Program-made: the position numbers and the translations under genes
The notes under the pieces: generated by a model
What the model saw: the letters and a program-made list of their open reading frames with translations, nothing else
What the model was told of the DNA's origin: nothing
Database searches by the model: none
Shown: in pieces, positions 31,177 through 40,086 of the stretch
Layout of the letters: the number at the start of each line of letters is the position of its first letter
Numbering within the stretch: position 1 is the stretch's first letter
NCBI GenBank assembly: GCA_047601445.1
Contig: JASGJH010000001.1
Coordinates: forward strand, 4,032,001-4,096,000
DNA: 64,000 nucleotides
Direction: 5' to 3'
Origin: Myxococcales bacterium
Lineage (GTDB): Bacteria > Myxococcota_A > Polyangia > Polyangiales > DASUME01

Positions 31177-31178
31177 CT
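31163..31178 (+). repeat. 16-bp direct repeat, copy 2
   Basis: Identical to 29010-29025; contains the HTTM gene stop. Confidence 0.85.
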
Positions 31179-31225
31179 GCAGCTAGGGCCGCTTTCCGCG
31201 TCTGCGCGGGCGGCGGGCTGCGCGC

Positions 31226-31603
31226 TCAGGGACGATCGAGCTGCCACGGATCGGCGACGCAGATGTCCAGCGAGCCGATGATAGGCAGGGCATCGCAGGC
31301 CGGCATGCGCGAGAGGTTGGTCAGCGTCAGGGTCACCGTGGACTCTGGCTGGGAGGTGTCCCGAGTGAAAGAGCCTCCCCCGACACAATAGCGGTCGCCA
31401 TTCTCCAGCACGAAGGTTCCCGACGTGACCTTGCCGCTGGTGGCGCTGAGCGACGACGTATCGCTGAGAAGGACAAGCTCGGTCGGCGCGAGCACTCGAA
31501 AGCGCCCGGGAGCCTGCTGAATCCGACCGACCTCATGATCGAGGACCATTCCGTCGACGCTCCCAGTGACTCTGGAGGACGACACCTTGAGCGTGCCAGT
31601 CAA
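31226..31603 (-). pseudogene. Probable 3' remnant of an exported protein gene
   Basis: Beta-rich Cys-containing tail (YCVGGGS..L.NLSR..AC...G.L..C), TTG-only start, no RBS or signal; abuts the stop of the TPR gene. Confidence 0.4.
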
Positions 31604-31626
31604 CGTCGGTCACGATGGGCTGCCGA

Positions 31627-32883
31627 CTAGTGCCCCGCCTGCCTCACTTCACCCCTGCATACGCGGCGCCGCTCCACCTCACGCATGACGAACACTCGCT
31701 CGTCCGATGCCCCGTTAGCGAGCTGCGGACACAGCGCGCTGCGTTGCTCCTCGAGCGCAAGTGCCTCGACAAGATCCCCTCGGGCAGTCAACAGGCGGAC
31801 CACACTCGCCAGGCTGGTGCTGAGCATCCGTTGCCAGCGGACATTCAGCAAGTCCCTCTGCACGAGCTGGGTGACCAGGCTGCGGCTCTGCTCATAGGAG
31901 GCCAGCGCGCCTCCCAGGTTGTCCTGGGCCTCGAGCACGCGGCCCACGTTGTCGAGGCTCACGCACAGGTCCTCTTGCCAGTGAGTGCGCGACGGCTCCT
32001 TGGCGCTGAGCTCCGCGCAGATGAAGCCGCTGCGATTGTAGGCGTCCAGCGCGCCCGCAAGGTTGCCCTGGGTCTCGAGCACGCGGCCGACGTTGTCGTG
32101 GCTCACGCTGAGGTCGCGCTGCCGCGCCGCATCGGCAGGCTCCTTCTCGGCAAGGTTCGCGCGGATGAACCCTGCCTGGTTGTAAGTCTCGAGGGCGCCG
32201 ACGAGGTCGCCCTGGCGACACAGCACGCGACCGACGTCGTCCAGGCTGGCGCACAGGTCTTGCTGCCATACCTTGTTGAAGGGCTCCTTCTGAACCAGCT
32301 TCATCAAGATTTGCCGACTCTGATCGAAGGACTCCCGAGCCGCCTCGAGTGCGTTCTGCGCGAACAGCACCCGCCCAATGTGGTCGCAGCTGATGCCGAG
32401 CAAGCGCTGCCAGACGAGGTTGTCGGGCTCGAGGGTGGTGAGCCGCGTCGCGATGCCGTGGCTCTCTTCGTAGCTCTTGAGCGCGCGTGCGAACTCGCCT
32501 TCCGCCTCCTGAACACGTCCCACGTTGAGGAAGCTGACGCCGAAGTCTCCATGCAAGGTGGCGTCCTCGGGGTCGAGCGCGATGAGCCGTACGGTGATGA
32601 GGCCACTTCGGTTGTAGGCCTGGAGCGCAGCGCTGAAGTTCCCCTGCGCTTCGAGCACGCGCCCTGTGTCATCGATACTTGCGGCGAGCTCACGCTGCCG
32701 CTGGATGTTGAAGGGTGCCTTGGCGGCGAGTTTCGCGCGGATGGCGCGACTCCGCTCGTAGGCATCGAACGCGCGTCCGAGGTCGCCTCTGGTGAAGAGC
32801 AGCCCCCCTGCCTTCGCGAGCTTCTTCAGCTCGTTCTCGGTGGACTCGACGACCGTCGAGCTGCTGTCTTTGTATTCCAGCAT
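31627..32883 (-). CDS. Tetratricopeptide-like repeat protein (about 48-aa units)
   Basis: Recurrent WQ.DL..S.D.VGRVL..QG.L.GAL..Y..S..I...L...EP, about 7 units. Confidence 0.88.
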   Translation of the reverse strand: MLEYKDSSSTVVESTENELKKLAKAGGLLFTRGDLGRAFDAYERSRAIRAKLAAKAPFNIQRQRELAASIDDTGRVLEAQGNFSAALQAYNRSGLITVRLIALDPEDATLHGDFGVSFLNVGRVQEAEGEFARALKSYEESHGIATRLTTLEPDNLVWQRLLGISCDHIGRVLFAQNALEAARESFDQSRQILMKLVQKEPFNKVWQQDLCASLDDVGRVLCRQGDLVGALETYNQAGFIRANLAEKEPADAARQRDLSVSHDNVGRVLETQGNLAGALDAYNRSGFICAELSAKEPSRTHWQEDLCVSLDNVGRVLEAQDNLGGALASYEQSRSLVTQLVQRDLLNVRWQRMLSTSLASVVRLLTARGDLVEALALEEQRSALCPQLANGASDERVFVMREVERRRVCRGEVRQAGH

Positions 32884-33126
32884 GCTGCAGCCTAGCGCAT
32901 TCCCGCACAAGTCACGTCGCGATCAGCATGCGCTACGTGCAATCGTCGGCTCGTCATCCAGTGACACGCCAAGATTGACACCACGCGAAACGCGCCGGTC
33001 ATGCCTTCGACTGCACGAGGTCGACTGAAAACCAGAGGCCTTCAGAGGCAACCGCGCAAAGCTGCCACATGTGACAGCTGTGCTCGCGCGAAAAGGCCTG
33101 GAATCAAGCGAGGATCGTGATGACCT

Positions 33127-33690
33127 TCAGTGATCATCGTCGTCTTCTCGCTCGCAGATTCCGCCGTGACAGGGGCCGCGATCGCACTTGTGGCCACAGG
33201 CTCCGCAGTGCTTGTTGTCCTCCAACAGGTCGACGCATTTGTCGCGGCACGAGCTCAGTCCCGCATCGCAGGGGAGCGACGCGTCAGGATTCGCAGGGGG
33301 CTCCGGCGTGGTAGGCACGGACGGCTCGGGCGCAGAAGGCTCCGTTGGAATGGGCACCGATGGCTCCGGCGCGACAGGCTGTGTCGGAGTGGGCACCGCA
33401 GGTTGCGGCAAAGTCGACTCCGTAGGCGCACGGACGCCGGCGTCCGCAGATGGATGCCTGCCGGCGTCAGGCACGGGACTCTTGCCCGCGTCGACCTCGG
33501 TGACCGCAGCGTCTAGTTCGTGTGCCGTATCGTCGTCAGGCGCGGGCACACAGAAGCCGTGACTGCAGATTTGATCGACCTCGCAGTCTCGCTTCGAGGC
33601 GCAGCGCGGCGCCGGGTTCGCGTCGGCCGAGACGTGGCAACCTGCCAACGCCAGCCAACACAGCGCGCCTGGCCGGCATGTTTGCCTCAT
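33127..33690 (-). CDS. Cys-rich lipoprotein with Pro/Thr linker
   Basis: Lipobox LAGC; C..K.DC...QIC..GFC and CVDL..D.KHCGACG..C; ATGA-coupled to the upstream gene. Confidence 0.8.
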   Translation of the reverse strand: MRQTCRPGALCWLALAGCHVSADANPAPRCASKRDCEVDQICSHGFCVPAPDDDTAHELDAAVTEVDAGKSPVPDAGRHPSADAGVRAPTESTLPQPAVPTPTQPVAPEPSVPIPTEPSAPEPSVPTTPEPPANPDASLPCDAGLSSCRDKCVDLLEDNKHCGACGHKCDRGPCHGGICEREDDDDH

Positions 33691-34643
33691 CGCTCCCTCC
33701 CCGTACTGCCAGGTTCGAACGTCCCCCGAACGAGCAAGCCTGCGCCGTGCCAACTCGGGGAGGCCGCCACCTGAACAGGAGCGCGCACGCGGCGCTCGCC
33801 CACGTAGCCCCAGACCAACAGCCCTGCGCCCAATACTGCAGTGGCCGCGCTCGCGACGAAGAGTCCGTTGGCAATGCGGGCCCGCTGCTCGGCCTGTTGC
33901 AGCACGTCCTGGGCGCGCGCCGCGTCGCGGGAGTCCTGGATGTTCATCGCGGCGTAGGTTCGCTCGTCGTGACGGGCAGACGTGCCCACGGCAATGCCCG
34001 CCGAAAGGAGCGCGCCTGCGATGCCGACACTGGCCCAACCCATGGCGCGACGGGCATCGAGGTCCGTACGACGGGGCTGGGCGGGAGGAGTGGCCGTAAC
34101 GACGGGTGCGGCAGGGCGTCGAACCGGCGCGGATCCATAGAGCCCAGACACCAGCGAGCTCACGACTGCGGTGATTTCTGGCTCGGCCAGAGCTGCAGTC
34201 TCGGCCTGACGGGTCCGCATCGTGGGCGCGTCCGGACCATCCTGGGCCGACAACGTGATGCGATGGGCGCCCGAAGGGAGCCGCACGAGCTGACGAACGA
34301 GCAGCCACTCCGACGCTCCCGCCGCTGGCTCGCGCACGTCCGGTGCCAGGGTGTGCGCGATGCGGCCGACGCAGTCCGCGAGTTGGTCAGCCTCGCAGCC
34401 GGCCATCTCCGCGATCTCGGAGAATGACGTGGGCGAAAACTCCACCTCGAACGGGCCCTGCGAAGCAAGTGACCTTTCGAGCGCATCGTCCACGACGCGC
34501 GCAATCGCCACACCGGGGTCGCCTTGATCGTCTCGCATGACAATCAACGGACATGTTCCTTCGGCCCGGCCACGCGAGGCGCCCCCAAGCAGCAGCAACG
34601 CGAAGATCGCGAGCGCGACCCAGGGGCACGCACTATTTCCCAT
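33687..34643 (-). CDS. Exported/membrane hypothetical protein (myxobacterial type)
   Basis: Signal peptide; AGC....DC; two C-terminal hydrophobic helices and a G....G.F terminus. Start uncertain (34688 is an alternative). Confidence 0.68.
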   Translation of the reverse strand: MGNSACPWVALAIFALLLLGGASRGRAEGTCPLIVMRDDQGDPGVAIARVVDDALERSLASQGPFEVEFSPTSFSEIAEMAGCEADQLADCVGRIAHTLAPDVREPAAGASEWLLVRQLVRLPSGAHRITLSAQDGPDAPTMRTRQAETAALAEPEITAVVSSLVSGLYGSAPVRRPAAPVVTATPPAQPRRTDLDARRAMGWASVGIAGALLSAGIAVGTSARHDERTYAAMNIQDSRDAARAQDVLQQAEQRARIANGLFVASAATAVLGAGLLVWGYVGERRVRAPVQVAASPSWHGAGLLVRGTFEPGSTGRER

Positions 34644-34775
34644 CCTGCCGCGCTGTCCGAGCCAAGGATGCATCCTGCCACCCCTCATTTTCGGTGAGCC
34701 CGAAGGTCTCCGGTGCGTGTCGTAGTGCAGGACACGTGCCGTAGTTCCCCGAACGGGACGCCGAGGCGGTGGCGA

Positions 34776-35315
34776 TCACTTCACCATGCGGAAGCTCGGA
34801 TGCAGCAACCACTGCCGGAGCGCGCCCGGCGAGAGGTACACGTGGCGACAGGAGTCTCCGCTCGATGAGCGAGATTCCGACGCGAAGACACCGGGCCCCT
34901 GGAGAAGAGATTCAGCGTGTCGGCGTGCGCCAGGATCGCCCCCGAGGTCCACCACACCGTCCCAGCGTTCCGCGACGGCGCAACACAGCTCGGCCAGGAT
35001 TCGATGGTCCTGTTCCGCGTTGCAAGCGGCCGAGAACGTGAGCTCGTCGGATGGGCGAAAGCCGAACCCGCGCTCGACCTCCGCGAGCTGCTCCGCCAGC
35101 TCCGTGGGCAACAGGTACGGCTCGAAGCCATGGGTCCACGTGAAGGGTTGGCCGCCATCACCGGCGAGGAAGCTTCCCCCAATCGGACGCGTGTCGGTGA
35201 CCCAGAAGTCACGTCCCCGGACCGCGGAGGAGATGTCGCCCACGTCGGCCTCGAGACGAACCAGCTCTTCCGAAGACAGCGGACGCTCGAACAAGACGGA
35301 GGCAATCGGACCCAT
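34776..35315 (-). CDS. DUF6368-like protein
   Basis: GF.P.....SA.CN..QDH.IL..L, GVVDLGG and H.Y....LR.WL.HP.F.MVK, recalled as the DUF6368 pattern. Confidence 0.68.
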   Translation of the reverse strand: MGPIASVLFERPLSSEELVRLEADVGDISSAVRGRDFWVTDTRPIGGSFLAGDGGQPFTWTHGFEPYLLPTELAEQLAEVERGFGFRPSDELTFSAACNAEQDHRILAELCCAVAERWDGVVDLGGDPGARRHAESLLQGPGVFASESRSSSGDSCRHVYLSPGALRQWLLHPSFRMVK

Positions 35316-35454
35316 GGGCGAATTGTACAAGGAGCGAGAGCGAACCGACGTGGAACCTCGACGCTGGTTGGTGAATTACGGTGGGCGAAGGGACGCTGTC
35401 ACTCGAGTCCTACCCGAACGGGTAGCCACGCGACGCCGCATCTCGCCGTGACTG

Positions 35455-35519
35455 TGTAGTGCAAGGCGCATCTCGGTTGCAGCGCGCATCCGCAGCGCGC
35501 CGAGCCTGTAGTGCAAGGC
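35455..35519 (+). promoter_or_regulatory. 13-bp direct repeat TGTAGTGCAAGGC, 52 bp apart
   Basis: Copies at 35455-35467 and 35507-35519, each followed by GTTGC, upstream of the 35629 operon. Confidence 0.6.
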
Positions 35520-35628
35520 ACGACCGTCGTTGCGTCCGCGCGCGCTCGAGGAATTTAACGTGGACACTCCGAACCTCCTTCGAGACGATCGAATCCGTCA
35601 CCGCTTGGAACCAGGGGGAAGGTTCACC

Positions 35629-36474
35629 ATGGATCGTGCTGGGCGCGCCGGATGGCTTGCGCGCGCGTTGCTTTGTTTGCTCATCGGTGTCTCGGGAATC
35701 GGCTGTCACGGGTATCGCGACGTCAACCTGCATGGAGACGCGCACCGTCCGATCGGATGGACGTACTTCCCCAACCTGCGCCTGAACGTGGCCCCGCCCG
35801 AGGGCAAGTTCTTGCAGAGCGCCGAGACCACGCTGCAGGAGCTGCGAAGCTGGGTGCAGGACGCCCAGGACGCATCCCATCCGGTTCAGCTGAAGTTCTC
35901 CTCGAACGTGGAGCGCAAGCGCAATCCCTACACCTTCACGGGCTGCGTGCTCACCTTGGGTGTCGTGCCTGCCACGGCGAAGTGGACGGCTCGCAGCGAG
36001 TTGGTCGTCGTGGCCTACGGCGAGCAAGTGCATGCCCATACGGTCACCGAGCACGTGCGCGAGACCGTGGTGGCGCTCGGCGCCTGGATCGGGCTAGGCG
36101 GAGGCGGCGACACCGACGCCCGCGACGTGATGGAGCGCCATCTGTTCGACCGCAGCATGGCGGCGCATCGGACCGCGCTCTTCGACACCCTGCACAAGCA
36201 CGGGCAGGAGTATCTGGCATTCGTCAACGACGGCGGGGCCGAAGCCAATCGACGCTTCGTGCAGACGCACAGGAGCTCCCTGTTCCGTGAGCTCGCCGAG
36301 CAGCGTGCCGGCGAGGCTCCAGCGAACACGCAGGCCGCCTCTGCGCCAGAGACGAGCTCGTCAGCTGTGCCCGCCACGGAGAGCACGCCTGTTGTCCCCA
36401 CGACGGAGACGAGCACACCTACCACGCCCATCGAGTCGAACACGCCTGCCGCTCCCGCGACGGAGGCCATGTGA
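35629..36474 (+). CDS. Lipoprotein of unknown function with Thr/Pro-rich tail
   Basis: Lipobox GIGC; LTLGVVP internal hydrophobic motif; GTGA-coupled to the next gene. Confidence 0.78.
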   Translation: MDRAGRAGWLARALLCLLIGVSGIGCHGYRDVNLHGDAHRPIGWTYFPNLRLNVAPPEGKFLQSAETTLQELRSWVQDAQDASHPVQLKFSSNVERKRNPYTFTGCVLTLGVVPATAKWTARSELVVVAYGEQVHAHTVTEHVRETVVALGAWIGLGGGGDTDARDVMERHLFDRSMAAHRTALFDTLHKHGQEYLAFVNDGGAEANRRFVQTHRSSLFRELAEQRAGEAPANTQAASAPETSSSAVPATESTPVVPTTETSTPTTPIESNTPAAPATEAM

Positions 36475-38771
36475 ATACACTCGTGCGAAAGAGAGGGCTG
36501 TGTTTGCTGCGCTGGAGCGTCTGGCTAACTTGCTGGTTCATGCTGAGCCTGAGCGGCACGGCGATGGCGCAAAACGGAACCGTCACCGCGCGCTTTCAAG
36601 GCAGTCCGCAGCGTGATGGCTATGGATGGGCGACCGTCACGGTGCGCTATGCGTTCCTGGCGTGTCCGGGCGATCCCAACGTGCAGCTGGCCTTGGGCCT
36701 GGACAAGTCTTCGCTCTCCACCGACACGCAGTATTGGTACAAGGGAAAGCTCTATCAGCTAGGCTCGCCGCCGCTCCCGCTCTCGGTCAAAAGGCCTTCG
36801 TTCATCGACACGCGGGTCGTGGCGAGCATCCATCGCGCCGGACAGATCGTGGGCAACGTGAACCGAGAGGTAGGGGCCACCTTGGGCATGGGTTGCTTCA
36901 ACGGCGAGCTCAGCGACGTCATGAGGTTCCCGCCAGACGTCAAGGATCGCAACGAGTTCCTGCGCAGCATGGGCCTGAATGAACCCACTCCGGGTCTCGA
37001 GTCCCTGCGCAACGACGACATCGAGTCCATCATCGAGCGCGACCTGGCCGAGCAGGAGCGTTTGAAGCGCGAGGCCGAAGCCGCGGCGGCCAAGGCGGCC
37101 AAGGAAAAAGCAGATCAGGAGAAGGCGGCGGCCGAACAGGCCGAGCGCGAGAAGAAGGAAGCCGAAGAGCGCGCACAGAAAGAAGCCGAAGAGCGCGAGA
37201 AGCGCGAGCGTGACGCGGCGGCCGCAGGCGCGGCGGGAGAAGGTGCCGGAGGCGGAGGCGGCGGAGGCACGACATCCGATGTGCCCGGTGGCTCCAGCGC
37301 GGGACTCACCGATGACAGCGGCGGCAGCTCTGGCAGCGGAAGCAACGGCGACGTTCCCATCGAGTCGACCCCCGAGTACCAACGCGAGCGCTGGGAACGC
37401 TTGCAGCAAGAACAGCGCGAAGCGGAACGCGAGGCCGAGCAAGCCGAGCGTGATCGCTCACTCCAGGCGCAGATCGAGGCCCAGCAAGCACGTGAGGCCC
37501 GTGCCGAGGCCATCGGCAACGCGGCGGCCGACGCGATTACCTCGTTCGGAGCCATGATCGTCGCTGCCAACCAACAGCGAGAGCTGGAAGAGCAGCGACG
37601 CTGGGAGCGCGAGCAGCGCGAGCGAGAGGAACGCGAGCGGGAGCTGGCGGACCGCTGGGAGCAGGCCAAGGCAAGCCCCGACTTCGAGGGCTTCTGCACG
37701 CCTTCACTCGACGCCGCCGACGGACAGCTCGGCGTGGGCGACACCTTCACGGGATGGCACACCTTCACGGACTGTTTGACGCAAGAGCTTCCGCGGACTC
37801 CGAGAGATCACCTGCGCTTCAACGTGATCGAGCCAGGCATGGTGCAAATCGACGTGTTCGGTCGGGTCAGCCGCGTTGAACTCGTGTCGCCGCTCGGCGA
37901 GATCATAGTGGCCGAGCGGATGCAGAACGCGGACGCCTCCTTACGCATCCGCCGCCCCGTGGTGACTGGTCCCCACATGCTGGTGGTGGTCGGCGTCGAA
38001 GACTTGGAGGACGAGTACCGAGTGGTCGCCCAGGTCGCACCTCCAGCGAAGCCGCGCGCCTGCATACGGGGCAGCTGCGGCCCGCGTTGGCTCGAGACCG
38101 GACCCGAGTTCGGTATCCAGCTCAACGGGCTCTACGGCTCGACCCAGCTGGACGCCCAGCCGAACGTGCCCGACAACCTCACGGTGCCCTTCAAGCCCTT
38201 CGAGCCGCACTATTTGCCTGCCCTTCAGCTTGCGCGCCGCAATCCCAAGGGTAGCTGGGGCGGACGCCTGGGATTCGCGACGAGCACGCTGGACGCGCTT
38301 CAAGCGGACTCCTACCTGCTGCGCCTGAGCTCTCGCCTGACCGAATCCGAGATCCGCCGCAGCTTGCTGCGCATGGGCATGTTCCGCGATGTGACCGTCT
38401 ACAGCTTCGAGTTCGCCGACATGCACCTCTCCACATACGTCGAGGGAGCGCTCTACATGCAGACGCTGCTCTTCGGCGGCAAGGGCGTCGATGCCGACGG
38501 CGAGGAGCACCGGCAGCGCATGCGCTTCGCGATGTTCACGCCGGCGCTCGGCGTGGGCGCAGACGTGGCCTTGCTCGACGGCCTGATGCTCGGTTTCTAC
38601 GTGGGCGGCGCGCTCAACGTGGTGGGCACGGGCAAGTACATCGGCCAGGGCGGAACCCAGCGCAGCGAGGACAGCGACATGCGTCCCCAGCTCTTCATGA
38701 ACACCGAGATTCGCACCACCTTATCCTACAAGTTTGGCCAAGGTTACCGTGACCCGCTCACTGAAGACTGA
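36471..38771 (+). CDS. Large exported protein: N-domain, charged coiled coils, beta-sandwich, C-terminal beta-barrel-like region
   Basis: Signal ending TAMA-Q; EAKR-rich helices; Gly/Ser linker; alternating-hydrophobic strands near the end (LGVGADV, LGFYVGG, TLSYKF). Confidence 0.78.
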   Translation: MNTLVRKRGLCLLRWSVWLTCWFMLSLSGTAMAQNGTVTARFQGSPQRDGYGWATVTVRYAFLACPGDPNVQLALGLDKSSLSTDTQYWYKGKLYQLGSPPLPLSVKRPSFIDTRVVASIHRAGQIVGNVNREVGATLGMGCFNGELSDVMRFPPDVKDRNEFLRSMGLNEPTPGLESLRNDDIESIIERDLAEQERLKREAEAAAAKAAKEKADQEKAAAEQAEREKKEAEERAQKEAEEREKRERDAAAAGAAGEGAGGGGGGGTTSDVPGGSSAGLTDDSGGSSGSGSNGDVPIESTPEYQRERWERLQQEQREAEREAEQAERDRSLQAQIEAQQAREARAEAIGNAAADAITSFGAMIVAANQQRELEEQRRWEREQREREERERELADRWEQAKASPDFEGFCTPSLDAADGQLGVGDTFTGWHTFTDCLTQELPRTPRDHLRFNVIEPGMVQIDVFGRVSRVELVSPLGEIIVAERMQNADASLRIRRPVVTGPHMLVVVGVEDLEDEYRVVAQVAPPAKPRACIRGSCGPRWLETGPEFGIQLNGLYGSTQLDAQPNVPDNLTVPFKPFEPHYLPALQLARRNPKGSWGGRLGFATSTLDALQADSYLLRLSSRLTESEIRRSLLRMGMFRDVTVYSFEFADMHLSTYVEGALYMQTLLFGGKGVDADGEEHRQRMRFAMFTPALGVGADVALLDGLMLGFYVGGALNVVGTGKYIGQGGTQRSEDSDMRPQLFMNTEIRTTLSYKFGQGYRDPLTED

Positions 38772-38787
38772 ACCGCGGAGCGTCCTC

Positions 38788-40041
38788 GTGCATTCATCCG
38801 TCGCACTTCGTTCGAAGCTAAGGCTGTCACTGCTCGCGTGGTGGCTGCTCACCAGCGCGGGCTGCCCCGAGAGCTCGGGCTCCCCCGAGTACGAGTGCAG
38901 CGGCGCACAGGAGCTTTCGTTGTCCTGGACCAGCGCAGGATCCAGCTACTGCAACACCGGCTCACTCCTGCCGAACGCGATCCAGGTCGACAGCGACGGC
39001 GGTCTCTCCGCGACCGGCTGCAGCTTTCCCGAAGGCAGCCGTCTGAGCGAGGCCTGCCAGCTCGTCATCCCCGCGATCGGTGGGGGCGCCCAGTGTTCGA
39101 GCAGCAGCAGCTACGGCTACGGATCCGTCAAGTTCTCCCTCTACGCAGAGGGGCTGGGCCCGCAGCTCTCCGGGAACGAACCGATCGCCGACAACCAGGC
39201 GACCGTGCACATCGCGACGGGGGATGGCTGCTCGGCGCCCTATCGGGTGAGCGTCTCGCGTCAGATCCGAAGTCCCCAAACGTCCTGTGAGTTCGTTTGC
39301 GTGAACTACGGGGACTGCGTCGACAACGACGTCGTGTGCGACGGAAACCCCGACTGCGCAGATGGTTCGGACGAGAGCGACTGCCCGGACAGCTGTGGGG
39401 ACGCCAGCCTGGGATACCAGTGCAGCGATGACACCTGCGCTACGCGCTGCGACGGTTCCTACGAGTGCGCCGACGGTAGCGACGAAGATGGCTGTGAGAG
39501 CAATCAGGTCTGCGAGTTCAGCTGCGGCAACGGTGAGTGCGTTTTCCTCTCGCAACAATGTGACGGCTACACCGATTGCGCGACTGGCGCCGACGAGCGC
39601 AACTGCAACTCATCCTGCTCCACCCACCTGATCTGTGACGGCAGATGCGTGCCTCCGAGCTGGATGTGCGACGGCGTGTACCAGTGCAGCGACCGCGCCG
39701 ACGAGCGCACCTGCAACGGCTGCAGCTTGAGCGAGATCGACTGTGGTGATGGCACCTGTCTGGACGACCGCTACCTGTGCAACGGCATCCGGGAGTGCGG
39801 CACGGGCGCCGACGAACAGGACTGCGCGTGTTCGGCCGGCCGCTTCGAGTGCTCGGGCAAGCCCTGCCAACCAGCGGCCAAGCGCTGCGATGGCATCAGC
39901 GACTGCGCGGGCGAGGACGAGGTCGACTGCCGCTGCCCCACCAACACCTTCGACTGCGTCGACGCCTGCGTGCCACGGAGCTTCCGTTGCAACGGCTTCG
40001 TGGACTGCAACAACGGAGCGGACGAGAGCAATTGCCCGTAA
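38788..40041 (+). CDS. Lipoprotein with seven LDL-receptor class A repeats
   Basis: GTG start with GGAG RBS; lipobox SAGC; seven C..C..C-[DN]G..[DEQ]C...DE..C units from about 39286, e.g. CDGNPDCADGSDESDC. Confidence 0.92.
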   Translation: MHSSVALRSKLRLSLLAWWLLTSAGCPESSGSPEYECSGAQELSLSWTSAGSSYCNTGSLLPNAIQVDSDGGLSATGCSFPEGSRLSEACQLVIPAIGGGAQCSSSSSYGYGSVKFSLYAEGLGPQLSGNEPIADNQATVHIATGDGCSAPYRVSVSRQIRSPQTSCEFVCVNYGDCVDNDVVCDGNPDCADGSDESDCPDSCGDASLGYQCSDDTCATRCDGSYECADGSDEDGCESNQVCEFSCGNGECVFLSQQCDGYTDCATGADERNCNSSCSTHLICDGRCVPPSWMCDGVYQCSDRADERTCNGCSLSEIDCGDGTCLDDRYLCNGIRECGTGADEQDCACSAGRFECSGKPCQPAAKRCDGISDCAGEDEVDCRCPTNTFDCVDACVPRSFRCNGFVDCNNGADESNCP

Positions 40042-40086
40042 GGCGAGCGTCCTACGGCCGCGCATGCGCGGGCGCTCTGTGGTACA

